Positions 10,821-22,969 of a stretch of DNA of 32,207 bases are shown in pieces. Source of the DNA: Chiloscyllium plagiosum (Eukaryota); assembly GCF_004010195.1 (NCBI RefSeq), contig NC_057752.1, positions 10,395,737-10,427,943 on the forward strand, given 5' to 3'. How positions within the stretch are numbered: position 1 is the first letter of the stretch; the number at the start of each line of letters is the position of its first letter. The notes under the pieces are model-generated. The model did no database searches, had not been told where the DNA came from, and worked only from the letters and a program-made list of their open reading frames with translations. Position numbers and translations under genes: made by a program.

Positions 10821-12216
10821 TTTATTTGTGTTTTCATTTTCTGTCATGAAATATCCCAGACTAGATAAACATTCAATAAAGATACATCATAGGATGGACT
10901 TAATACAAATAAAAAAAATCAAAACAAATGTGTTTTTGTTAATAGAAAAGCTTTCTATCTTTATTGCTGCAAAGGAGGGGTAGTGGGTTGAGGGGAAAAA
11001 AAAAGTACAAAGTGACAGAATCCTTTCACATGGAACAAGTTCATTAGTGTTGTGATGGGAATGTTCTAGTCTACCATGCTTAAAACCAGTATTGCAAAAT
11101 TATTTAAAAACATTAGAACTATTTTACATATACAAAATAGTACATATCCTTGGTTTGTTTTGCACCCCCCCCCCCCCCAAAAAAGTCTACCTCTTTTTTT
11201 TCCCCCCTCTAGTTACAAGAAAAAGGTTGCATGAAAGCAAGAGATGCATGAAATTAGGGAGAAAAATAGGTTGTAGGAGAAAAAATAAGATTAATTTTTA
11301 TCCACATGCCTAACTTTGGAAAACATAAGGGAAAAAAATTCTGTGAATGGTTTTCACCAGGTTTGTTTGAAGATCAGACCACACATCATCCACAGAGAAT
11401 TTTTTTTGCTGCAATACTGATTTTGTTCTTTATAAAAATGACTGGATGTTAAATTGGTGTTACAGTTCTGTAACAACACAAATGGCAGCTTCAGAATTGT
11501 TTTTAGTCAGCACCATCAAATCTTGACTGGATCCCTCTAGTTCACTAAACTGCCACAGAAGGAGACACCAGAAGCCAAAAAAAATGGGAGCACCTTTTTT
11601 TGTTCTAAATTGAATTGGAAATAAGAATGATCATCAGGACTTTTTTTTTCTAGCTTCTGTCCCTGCTACTGTGTGTTTAGTCCCTTTAAGATCATTAGTG
11701 TGAGGTAGCTTAAACTGGGGAAGTTCTAGATTAGTTGTTCCAAACTTCCTTCATCTTGATAGAAAAAGAGGGCAGGCAAAGTTAGATACTGGAGCAGTTC
11801 GAGTCTCTCAAAGTCTGCAAAAAAAAAATAAAGCCCAGATCAACTTGTACTTTCCACATTTTTTATATCAATTGTTCTCCATGTTACAGACTGGTTTTAC
11901 AACATAGCACCATTTTTTTATATTTTACACAGTCTCCTGCTAGTAACCTTTATTACAGACTGGTACGGTATGAATTTTAGTAAGACCTGCGCTGGTATAA
12001 TCCAGGGGAGGGCCTTCAACAGATATCAGTAACACTTCCACCTGACATGACGATCTTACAGGAAAACAATAAATAAATTAACCGTTTTCACAGTCTGTCC
12101 AGCTAGGCCATGAAGTCCAAAATGTAAGCGTGTGGATGAATGGAGTGATGGATTGGATCAGCCATTCAGTGCAGAAGTCCTAGAAGTGATTGGAAAGTAC
12201 TGAGGTCCTTAGTATT
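10821..12216 (-). other. col2a1: col2a1 3' UTR with alternative poly(A) candidates
   Basis: Follows the stop at 12217-12219. Minus-strand AATAAA at 11949-11954, 10960-10965 (U-rich downstream) and 10821-10826, plus a TATAAA variant at 11862-11867 with a downstream U-run. miRNA seed sites are listed under findings. Confidence 0.65.
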
Positions 12217-12363
12217 TTACAAGAAGCAGACTGCGCCAATGTCAACACCAAATTCTTGATCTGAACCACCAATATCCAAAGGTGCAACATCCACAATGGG
12301 CAAACGGGTTGTTTTCTGTGATCTGTATTCAATGACTGTCTTGCCCCACTTGCCAGTATGTTT
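12217..12363 (-). CDS. col2a1: Collagen alpha-1(II) terminal exon (human exon 54 equivalent), C-propeptide end
   Basis: cag|[48 protein letters not shown]; 147 bp. Confidence 0.97.
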   Translation of the reverse strand, partial: KHTGKWGKTVIEYRSQKTTRLPIVDVAPLDIGGSDQEFGVDIGAVCFL

Positions 12364-12939
12364 CTGAAAAAAGAAGAAAGATATTTTCAGTTTTTGACAG
12401 TCTAAATTAAACAGATATTCTTCAGTAATGACTTAACTTTTATGCAACAACTTTTAAGTTGGTTTGAAAATGTCACTGAAAATTATTTCCTCCATCTTAT
12501 TTATTCAGTTTTTTTTTTGTCCTAGTGTTTCTTCAGAAGCCATAAAAGAAGGATTCTCAGAGGTCCGGTCACCTTTATGTTGTGTTAGCTGATAAGCCTG
12601 ACCTTTGCAATGCTCAGTTTCTTTACACGCTCTGTTACCCATGCCAATGTTAAATGTCAGGTGGCAGTCCATTCCTGTTACCTTTCCAAGATGTCCACAG
12701 TTTTCTCCAAGACATTTATTGTGTTCAGGTAGCCCCTGGGTTTAATTCAGTGCCTCAGAATGAGATTGCAGTGTTCTACTACTCAAGTTAACTGTCTTGT
12801 CAATATCCTTATTCCATAAACATTCAAACTGAAGTTGCATGCTTCACAATCCAAGGCTAACAAATTTGTCTTTCGTGCTGCACAGTTAGATTTAATGTTC
12901 TTATTAACTTTAATCAGAAAAAAAATCTCCAAAACGTAC

Positions 12940-13182
12940 CGTGCAACCATCTTCCAAGACAGTGTATGTGAACCTGCTGTTTCCTTCCGCTCTGATTTCA
13001 ATGTCATTTGAGCCTTGCAACAGGAGCGCCTTCTTCAGATTGCCAGAAGCTCTGTCCATGTAGGCAATGCTGTTCTTACAGTGATAGGTGATGTTCTGGG
13101 AGGCCTCAGTAGACAGTAGACGCAGGAAAGTCATCTGGATGGCAGCAGTGTTGGCTGTCAAACTACTATCGCCATAGCTGAA
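12940..13182 (-). CDS. col2a1: Collagen alpha-1(II) exon 53 equivalent (C-propeptide, chain-recognition region)
   Basis: 243 bp, AG/GT flanked; [81 protein letters not shown]. Confidence 0.97.
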
Positions 13183-14184
13183 CTGTAAGAGAAGACAGAA
13201 AGAAAGACTCGCTGAAAAGTCTCACAAGCACTTCCCAGCAGCCTGGATATGAAGGAACAGGAAGGTTTCAAGTTAAATCTGCAGTCTGCTGATCTCGAGC
13301 CAATGAGCGACAACAATTGCCCTTTGTCCAGCCTACATTTAAACAGGGAGAAAAATCAAATGGCGTTCTTACTCATCATCAGGAGAGAATCACTAAGACT
13401 ACCTCAGACAAACTGTATTGCATCATAGAGGGAAATTTGAAAATCTAAAGCTGTTAATGTAATGGAGGGAGAAGAACAGCAGTCGGTCCTAATGGGAAAG
13501 GTTGCTTGGATGAACACTGGGTTTCAAAGTGTGAAGCTGCCACTTCTGTTCAGGATGAACGAGATGGACATTCAACAAACTTGTCAAAGCCACTTGGGCA
13601 GGGTTTAACTCCTAAAGGAAATGAGTCAAAATTTGGGAAATTAGAATCCAGAAGAAACTGCTTTATTCAAACTGTAATTGACAGTGTCAATAGGTTCAAG
13701 AGACAACACTGTGGGTTATTCGTTTTCTCTGTTCTTTTCCTGAAGGTTTAGCAGGCCCCTCATTGGGATGCAAATCCCTCTCTAACTGAAGAGTATAAAG
13801 ATGGCTGCAGTGCCCAATTGAGGCCAGCTCACTCAGCAGAATTGGCCATTGGATCTGGTGGCTGTTTGATCTGTACTGCTAAAATACTCAACAGATAAAC
13901 TGACTCAGCCATTGGTTGAATTTAGCAAAGATAAAAAGAATATAGTGACAATGCAGGTAGACAGCATCTGTCAAATAGAGGTGTTTTTTAATGTGACTGG
14001 TCTCTTATTTCTATAGCATTGAACATTCTACTGTAAAAGTGCTGAAGTAGGTCACTTGGGCAGACAGGATTTCCTTTTGGTGTGAGGGAGAGTTCTCACT
14101 AACTCGATGGATGATACATACTCAGCATTAGTCACTTTTTTATTGTTAACCTCCACACAAGAATTACAGTATTCAGGTACTTAC

Positions 14185-14372
14185 ATGGAAACCACCATTC
14201 ATAGTCTCGCCAAACCATACATGCTTCTTGTCTTTTCCCTTGCTTGTCCACCAGTTCTTGCGTGGAATGCTTGTTGGGTTGGGATAGACACAGGTCTCAC
14301 CAGTTTCCATGTTACAGAAGACCTTGATGGCATCGAGTGTGCAGCCCTGGTTAGGATCGATCCAGTAATCAC
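14185..14372 (-). CDS. col2a1: Collagen alpha-1(II) exon 52 equivalent (C-propeptide)
   Basis: 188 bp, phase 1 start; (G)[62 protein letters not shown]|gtaagt. Confidence 0.97.
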
Positions 14373-14782
14373 CTGCAACACATTCACAAACTCAGAAATG
14401 GTTGACATTTCACACCATTCCATGCTCTATACTTCCAACCACAAAGCATGCAATTCAGTTAAAACACGGATATAGAATGTGAATCTTTTTACTGATTAAT
14501 GTCCGTCTGGAATAAGACCTCAGAAACAATTTAAAAGTATCTATCTTTGTTTCAATGAAATTAATTCAGAGAGCTTATACTGCAATATGAAGAAGATCAG
14601 ACATTTGAAATATTGAGGTGCTAAATTTTGCTAAAGTATTGTGGCTTGCTAGATCCACCAAGGTGGCTGCAAAGGTGCAGCTGAAACAAATACAGAATTC
14701 TAAACATGACACTAAATTTACAGCGAGTGCTCCATTTTAGGCAATTCTACTCATTTAATTTTAGATCCTCACGTCTACCTAC

Positions 14783-15071
14783 CACTCTTCCAGTCTGAAT
14801 GACAAAGTTTCAGGTCTCGGCAGGTACGGGCTGGGTTCTTCTTGCTTCCTTCTGGGCTGCGGATATTTTCGATTTGGTTGTTGAGGGATTTCAGAGTGGC
14901 ATCAACCTCAGCATCATGTTGGCGCAGGAATGGAGCAGCCTGGTCAGCCCGGAAGTATCGGAGTGGGTCAGGAGCTTTCTCAGGTTGTGACAGACCAGCA
15001 AAGGCAGACATATCGATACCAGGGCCTGGAGGACCAGGGGGACCAGGAGGACCAGCATTACCAGGAGGACC
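14783..15071 (-). CDS. col2a1: Collagen alpha-1(II) exon 51 equivalent (helix end, C-telopeptide, start of C-propeptide)
   Basis: 289 bp; [96 protein letters not shown]. The [10 protein letters not shown] telopeptide is diagnostic of type II collagen. Confidence 0.98.
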
Positions 15072-15163
15072 CTGTTGGGAAATATTCAGAGTAACATTAA
15101 CACCTGTGACACAATAATGTGAGGGAGGCGATAAACTCACTAGTCATGGGAACCAATAAACTA

Positions 15164-15412
<249 letters not shown>

Positions 15413-15772
15413 TTACAGAATGCAAATAAACAATTGAAAAAAAAATAGCTGATTGGATTCTGCACCCATGACTCTACATTGTAATTCCAGATGAAAGTAT
15501 TAGGCTGCAATTCACATCAAATTGTGAATAAGTTCAATATAAGTTCATCTTTGAATGTTGAAAGGCATTGCATGTTTTGAGGAAGCATTTATTTTGTGGA
15601 ATTAATCTTCGGTGTAAGGTTTGTAATGGTGGTATTTGGAGGATATCATTATTAAATGGATATCTGAATACTGATGATGTGGCATTGTGCATTTTGGTCA
15701 GTCTTTATGCAGAATTCTGGAGATGCTTTTTTTTTCTAAAGCAAACCCAGTAAAACTGAAGGCAATACTTAC

Positions 15773-15826
15773 ACGAGGACCAGCAGGACCAGCAGCACCA
15801 ACAGCACCTTGATCGCCAGCAGGACC
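15773..15826 (-). CDS. col2a1: Collagen alpha-1(II) exon 49 equivalent
   Basis: 54 bp; GPAGDQGAVGAAGPAGPR; acceptor ttttcaag, donor gtaagt. Confidence 0.95.
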
Positions 15827-16859
15827 CTTGAAAAGAAAGAAAACAGGAATGTTATAGTTGCACTGAATGTGAAACAATAGAATGAACTACATACAATGAT
15901 GAATATAAGATCCACAATTCCAAAGTTCTTCCTGTTTAGGACAGAAACTCTCATAGTCCAGGTGGTCGCGAGCAGAATCCACCCCTTTTCTCTGATTGAA
16001 AGTTTACACTGGGAGTAAGGAGCAGGCCAAGAAACCGATAAGATCAAGAGACGATTCAACTTTGCTATGCATTAGCAGCTGTTGCCCCTGAATGCTGACC
16101 AACTTTGCAATGTCCAGAGCACACAAGCATGCATTTAACTAATCCTAATGTGGTGCTCACTACTTCAAACAGCAAGGATGGAAACAGCATTAATTTGTTA
16201 CTAATGTACACCACTCTTTCCAAGCATAAGGGGACTGTTCTCAATCTGCAAATACTTAAATGAGGAGGACCTTAAAAATGGATTGAATATTTAACATGAA
16301 CCTCTTAAATCACATTAAAGGTAAAATCTATGACTTTTGCCATGATTTATCAAACTTTTCAAATATCATTGCTCAAAACTACATTTTCAAAAATTGTTTT
16401 GCAAAATTAACCATGCCTGCTAATTATCTGATTTTCCAATGCCTTTTAGTGTTTGTGGTGAAGTGACTGGTGGGCACACCCAGAACTGCCTGCTAGTTTT
16501 GACCAGGTGAGACAGTGTTGTTTGGTCTCACTGCAACAGACATTGGAAGGCCCCCTCACAAAGGCAGCCAATATATTCGCCATGGAGCTGGGTGTACAAA
16601 TCAATCTGATGCCAGCAGTGAAGTGGGACTGAGGAATATGTACTGACAAGACAGGTTGGTATGGGTTATTCAAAAACAATTTGAGATTCTTGACCTTAAT
16701 ATTCATCCCTGTTCCTGAAAGCCTTGTGCTATTTTAACGAGAGACAAAGTTGTATGACAAAATGCAAATAAATTCTGAGACCTCAAATCATTTTACCTCT
16801 AAAACTGGAATAAAATGTTTCTTAAATTGGACAAAACCCAGTGGTTTAACACCCCTTAA

Positions 16860-17510
16860 ACACTGGAACATTGAAGATTGGAACAAGAGTAGGCCATTTG
16901 GCCCCTTGACCCTGCCCCGCCATTCATTATGACCATGGCTGATTATCAAGCTCAATACCCTAATCTCCCCATCCCTTCCATATCCCATTAGCCACAAGAG
17001 CTATATCTGCTTCCTTCTAGATGTTTTAACCATTTTCTACAGTGGTGAATTCCACAGGCTCACCACTCTGAGTGGAGAAATTTCTCTTCATCTCAGTCCT
17101 AAAAGGTTTATCTTTTATCTTTAAACGATGACTCCGAGTTCTGCACTTTCCCACGATCCTGTATCTAATCCGTCCCCTCTTGTTAGAAATCTCCCAGTGG
17201 AATTGTGAGCACAGTGGTTCTATGAGATTTCCTCTCATTCTACACTCCAGTGAATACAATCCCAACTGATTCAATTTCTCCTCATATGTTAGTCCTGCCA
17301 TCCCAGGAATCAACTTGATGAACCTTTGCTGCATTCCCTTTATACCAATAACATCCTCAGATAAGGAGAGCAAACTGCACACAATATTCTAGCTCTGTTC
17401 TCACCAATGCCCTGTATAAATTTAAGAAGGCATCCTTGTTCCTGTACTTGAATCCTCTTGCTATGAAGTTTGCCTTCTTATTGCCTGCTGCACCCGAATG
17501 CTTACTTCCG
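16860..17510 (-). mobile_element. CR1 LINE 3' end (5'-truncated), relatively well preserved
   Basis: ORF track 17026..17382 gives QQRFIKLIPGMAGLTYEEKLNQLGLYSLE..RG.LIE and RTRSHRLKIKDKPFRTEMKRNFSTQ (CR1 ORF2 C-terminus); tail gggccaaatggcctactcttgttcc. Confidence 0.9.
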
Positions 17511-18449
17511 GCCTTAACTGTAACCAGAGCAGCCACAGTTATTCAGGCATGCATTATCATTAACCTTCACTTTCATTAACACTAGGGAATGTCTAAGCGC
17601 TTTGGAGGATTTCATTATATTAAAGATGCTATACAAATACAAGCTGTTGTTGTTATTTGGATCCAGTGTATATTTGGTGGGTGTAGGTTTTCCTTTGGTA
17701 TCACTAACATGCCATCTGAGCCCAGAGTATATCAGTATATTCTTCAATTAACTAGAAGAGACCAGTTGGAACAGCCTAGTATCTCCCAGTGGAATTGTGA
17801 GCACAGTGGTTAACACAGCATCTCCTCATTGCAGCATTGAGCTCTGACTCCAGTCTGTCACGTGACCAATAAAACACTCCTCTCTCAATGTACCGAAGCT
17901 GGGCAGTTTGACTGATCTTGTTGGAACCACAAAAAAGTGGATTGCCAAGCTCTTTCAGAAACACCACAAAAACAGTTGCTATAACGATGGATCAAAAATA
18001 CACAATAGTCTCAATGTTATTGATGTGATGTAAAGCATAGTGCAGGCAGTGTTAGTCCCTATTAGGTTAGTATTATATCATGAGGTAGCGGTAGTGTGTT
18101 AACAGTCTCAGTTGTTGTAGCAATATGTACTTTTACATGTATTTTGTAGTCTGGATTGTGGATACTGATGATTGAGGCTTTAACGTTGGATGGATGTGAA
18201 AGCCATGGCTGAGCAGGAATCTCTCCTGCTCTTATAGCTTGCCTTTGATATGTGTTGAAAGGATTTGCAGGTTGATGCTCAACCTGCTTGATCACATTAT
18301 GACAGCACTTTCCTTCGCTGTCAACTGCTCAATTCAAGAACATTGAATTTAACACAGATTGGGAATTAAGCCTGGTTCCTTTTGGTCTGTATGGCTGTAT
18401 TATATGTCACATGTGCAGCAATTCCTTGCATGAGTCTGCGTATCGGACA

Positions 18450-18815
18450 TTGAGCTGAATTGGTGTCACACTTGCTGCTGAGTCAGTAGTTTGCAGTTTC
18501 CAACCCTCATGAAGAACTTCGACGTGTCATCTGGGCTGCTGTGTTATTGCTGCAGTGAGAGGGTCCTGTGGTACCAGGAATGAGTGAGACCTTTCCTGCC
18601 TGTTGTGCTGGATGGTGAAACCCTACAGCATGACTGCAAGACATGTAGTTCAATTCTCCTGGTGTTCTAATCTCAAGCAGATCACCAAAACTGGATTTGA
18701 TAGTTATTCTTTCATTCATTCGATCTTGCTGAGTACAATTTTGCTGCCTAATTTAAATGGAATCACAAATATTTCAGTGTGAAGTGTTTTAGAATGTCCT
18801 TAAGCATGTGATGAG
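18450..18815 (+). mobile_element. Old degraded SacSINE1/Deu-like SINE, interrupted by the HE1 SINE
   Basis: ggtgtcacacttgctgctgagtcagtagtttgcagtttcc head; gctgcagtgagagggtcctgtg; gcagatcaccaaaactggatt; gtgaagtgttttagaatgtcct tail. Confidence 0.5.
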
Positions 18816-19167
18816 ATCATAGAATCCTGACAGTGTGGATACAGGCCATTTGGCCCATTGAGTTCACACCAACCCTCTGAAGAGCATCCCACTCAGACCC
18901 ACCCCACTACCCCCTATAACCCTATATTTCCCATGGTTAATCCACCCAGCCTACACATCACTGAACACTATGGTGCAATTTAGCATAGCTAATTCACCTA
19001 ACCTTAACATCTTTGGATTGTGGGAGGAAACCGGCGCACCCAGAGGAAGCCCACACAGAGATGGGGAGAATGTGCAAACTCCACACAGACAGTTGCCCGA
19101 GGCTGGAATCAAACCCGGGTCCCTGGTGCTGTGAGGCAGCAGTGCTAACACTGAGCCACCGTGCCAC
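18816..19167 (-). mobile_element. HE1-like tRNA-derived SINE
   Basis: Reverse complement reads gtggcacggtggctcagtgttagcactgctgcctcacagcaccagggacccgggtttgattcc...ccggtttcctcccacaatccaaaga...gggccaaatggcctgtatccacactgtcaggattctatgat. Confidence 0.92.
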
Positions 19168-19190
19168 AGTATGAATGTATATTCTTGTCA

Positions 19191-19397
<207 letters not shown>

Positions 19398-19988
19398 TTA
19401 ATACAAGAGGTTAAAGCAGGTTTGTCAAGTCTTGCTGATCTGGAACACGATTCACATTTTGGGTTAAAATAAGAAGTGTCAACCTTTACAGAAACAGATG
19501 CAACTACATGACAATATCGGATGCATTTCACATGTTTCGTTGAAATTCCATTGCCATTAAAATAAACTGTATTGCAGTTTCATTTAAAGGCCTATGTGCT
19601 TCAATAGAATTGTGATCAGATTTTCAGATTATGTTCCTGATGCTGACAGTTCTGGGTAAGACTCCAATAGAGTTCTGAAATATTTAAATTGATTAGCCAC
19701 CTCTAATCAAGGGTTACTACTCTGTATCTGTTCCCACTGCTGGAGAATTACCTCAGGGGCAGGCCTGCACTGTGGAGCATTCCCTCACTGGTTCCGTGTA
19801 ATCACAGAAGGAGGCCATTTGGCCCGTTTGCACTGTCTCTCTGAAGGTTGTGATTATTAATTAAACAAATTGCTCTTTTCTATAACAGTTAACCTAATTT
19901 TTTTCAACTTCCCTTGCTCTGTCGAATTAGTTGAAAGAAAGTCCATAAGATACTGTTTCAAAATATCACATGATTTAAGGTTACTTAC

Positions 19989-20042
19989 AGGCATACCACG
20001 GGCACCAGCAGGACCAGAAGGACCCATTGGACCTTGAGCACC
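19989..20042 (-). CDS. col2a1: Collagen alpha-1(II) exon 47 equivalent
   Basis: 54 bp; GAQGPMGPSGPAGARGMP; tag/gtaagt. Confidence 0.96.
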
Positions 20043-20274
20043 CTACAAAGGAAAATAACTTTATTAAATCAATAATAAAACACAAACCAGTAGAAACATT
20101 GCTAGTCACCAAAATTACTCTGTGTTAGATCCTTTAGTTAAAAACATAATAAAACTAACTAAAGAATTTAACAAGTGAATAGATAAAATCTGTCTGACAC
20201 ACTTGGCTAATATTACTTGCTTATTGTTTGCAAGCGACTGCAAATTAAATAATAGCAATGTCCCGCATACGTAC

Positions 20275-20382
20275 AGGCTCCCCTCTGTTTCCTTGTTTGC
20301 CAGTTGGGCCGACAGGACCGGGAGCGCCAGGGGCACCAGGAGCACCAGGGGCACCAGCAGGACCAGTCTGACCTCGGTCACC
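20275..20382 (-). CDS. col2a1: Collagen alpha-1(II) exon 46 equivalent
   Basis: 108 bp; [36 protein letters not shown]; cag/gtacgt. Confidence 0.96.
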
Positions 20383-20711
20383 CTGTTAAGGAGAAGGAGA
20401 AAGCTATCATCAGCCATTCAATGATCTTTCAAAGAACAATAATTGTCAGGTTTGAAGCTGAAATCTTTTCAGTGGAGAATTGATATTTCACGACATTATT
20501 TTCAGGCTTGATCATGGCATGAACTGCTTTACCGTACGCAATGATTAGACCAGAGATCCCAGGAAGAAGTGGATGAATATTTCAAGCAGCAAAGTATATG
20601 AGAATTGGGAGAAAGTGAAATTGGTTTTGGATTGTTGATAGCAACACAATGGGCCGAATGATTTCCTTCAATGCTACAAACCTCTCCAGTTCTGGCACTC
20701 TAAGGGCTGGC

Positions 20712-20952
20712 AACAATGGTGGAGCAGTAATGTCATTGACCTAATAATCCAGAAACCCCCCCACTAATGTTCTGGGGACCTGGGTTTGAGTCCTACCATG
20801 GCAGGTGGTGAAATTTGATCTGGAATATAAAACTTGACTAATGGCAGCCATGTCAGAGAAGCCCCTCTGGTTCTCTCATGGTCCAGCTATCAAGGACAGA
20901 CAATAAATGCTTGCTCAGACAGTGATGCCCATATTCCAAGACTGAGTAAAAA
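20712..20952 (+). mobile_element. tRNA-derived SINE with LINE-like tail
   Basis: ggtggagcagtaatgtcattgacctaataatccaga...ggacctgggtttgagtcctaccatggcaggtggtgaaatttga...caataaatgcttgc..agtgatgcccatattcc; tail shared with the fragment at 30295-30440. Confidence 0.65.
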
Positions 20953-22398
20953 TATAATCTGTAAGTTTTCAATACCGGAAATATTTTAAAGGGTTTCTTT
21001 AAATCATTGACCATAGCATGACACATTATAATCTCCACTGGTAGTCCCTCGCAGACAAGCGTGACACAGAGTTGTTACATCAGCTTCACAATTCGGGGAG
21101 CCAATTGTGAATGATCCTGTATTTTGTGACCCCTGTTCCTGCTTGACACTGGCTGTCTTTCTCTGCAACTTGTAATAACTGGGTTTCTTTGAATCCTGTC
21201 TGTCTGGCATAGTTTTTGAGGTACAGTACAAGAAGTCTCTTTTGTTTTTTCCCTGATAGTGGAACATGGACCCACTCCTCTCTCCACACAGCACTGGTCC
21301 TATGTCAGATGAATGGAATTCTCTCCCTCAGCTCGCCACTGGCGGCATTGCCCAGAAACAAACATTTTCTGTAAGTGATCCTTTCCTTGTGTCTGTCATT
21401 GGCATTAGATGTACACATTTACAAAAGTGAACTCACCACATATTACAGTCCAACTGAGTGAACTGGAACACAGTTAAAAAAAATTAAAGAAGTTCAACAT
21501 TGTTCTTCCAAATAATTTCAACCATGTTAACTGAAACCCGAACAAAGAGCAAGTCTGTTACAGTTAGTTATTTAGCTGCTACAGTTAAGCTATTATATTC
21601 TTCAGTTTTTCACTTAATTTGTTATGGAGACTAGCTAATTATCTGTTTGGACTGCTTTTAACTAGTATCTAACCATTTTGTTTTCTTTGCTACAATTGCA
21701 ATGTACCCGGAGAGTAACATTCAATCTCTCAAATTCCCACATTTTCAGAAAACGGTGAGGAGTTCTGCATGTGCTTTTATTGGAGGAGACAAACTTGAAG
21801 CGGATTGGTAACTAATGTTCACTATTTGGATGTTTAGGTGTTTCACTTCTGAGTGCAGTGGTTTAATACTTCTCCTTTCTGCCCGGGCCTTTGTTCAAAC
21901 CCACTCCAGACTGATTTAGAGTTACAAGTTGATTTTCGGTAAAGTGCAAGAGTCCTCTATCGTAGGAGCTCAGATAGCTTCATCGGATTACATTACAACA
22001 TGAAAACAAGCTATTTGGCCTAGCCAGTTTGTCTTGGTGTTTAACCTCCATGTCGTTGCTAATCTAAATTCCAGCCCCCTGTCCTGTTTCCATATCCCTG
22101 GATTGCTCTTCCTTTCAGCCACCCGGCCTTAAATATGAACTCATCTCAGTCATTAAGAGTGACTGTGCAATGCAAATTCAGTTCCCATTTAATATGGGTT
22201 CACAGTTCAAACTGTCGCAGCTGTGACTGGGTGGTCTTCTAGTGTTGGGATTCAAGCAGGTTATTGGGCCGAAGGGAGTTTTATTTTTGTAACTAATTTC
22301 CTGATCCTCAGAGAAAAATGATTGGTGAGTATTTTTATATTTATGTCTTTGGAAAACTCAATCACTAATTTTCTTCAAAATTAATGTCCAAGTCTTAC

Positions 22399-22452
22399 CT
22401 TCATACCAGATGCACCATCACGACCAGGAGGACCATCAGCACCAGGGTTGCC
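22399..22452 (-). CDS. col2a1: Collagen alpha-1(II) exon 45 equivalent
   Basis: 54 bp; GNPGADGPPGRDGASGMK; cag/gtaaga. Confidence 0.96.
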
Positions 22453-22523
22453 CTGTAAAGAGATGCAAGGCAGTCAGAAGTGACAGAGGAACACAAGACA
22501 AAGATAACACATTTACAGAATCA

Positions 22524-22652
<129 letters not shown>

Positions 22653-22969
22653 CTAGAGGGAAAAGCAAAATGGCGGTTACATATCAGAATATGTTTGGCG
22701 GTTTTTTTTTCAAATATCTTAAAGTTGGAAATGACTGTTGGCATCAATGTTAATACCCCTGCTCCAGGTGTTGGTCACTTCAGGAGTGTGGCCTGTGCAG
22801 TGCACTCTTAATCCATTCGTTGAGCAGGAGCAGCACGAATCTAAGTGACCCGGATGCAAGGTTGCCCAGGAGGAGAACAGTGGTGTTGCACTGCTTCTCA
22901 ACACTTTGGGCTACCAACCCAGGCACAATGACCTGTGAATAGCTGGCACAGGAAGCCAAGAGTAAATTC

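Noticed and set aside
17197..17210. gtggaattgtgagc matches part of the lac operator (also at 17789-17802); possible vector contamination
   Set aside because: Only 14 nt match, the sequence diverges before GGATAACAATT, and no other vector sequence is nearby. Treated as coincidence.
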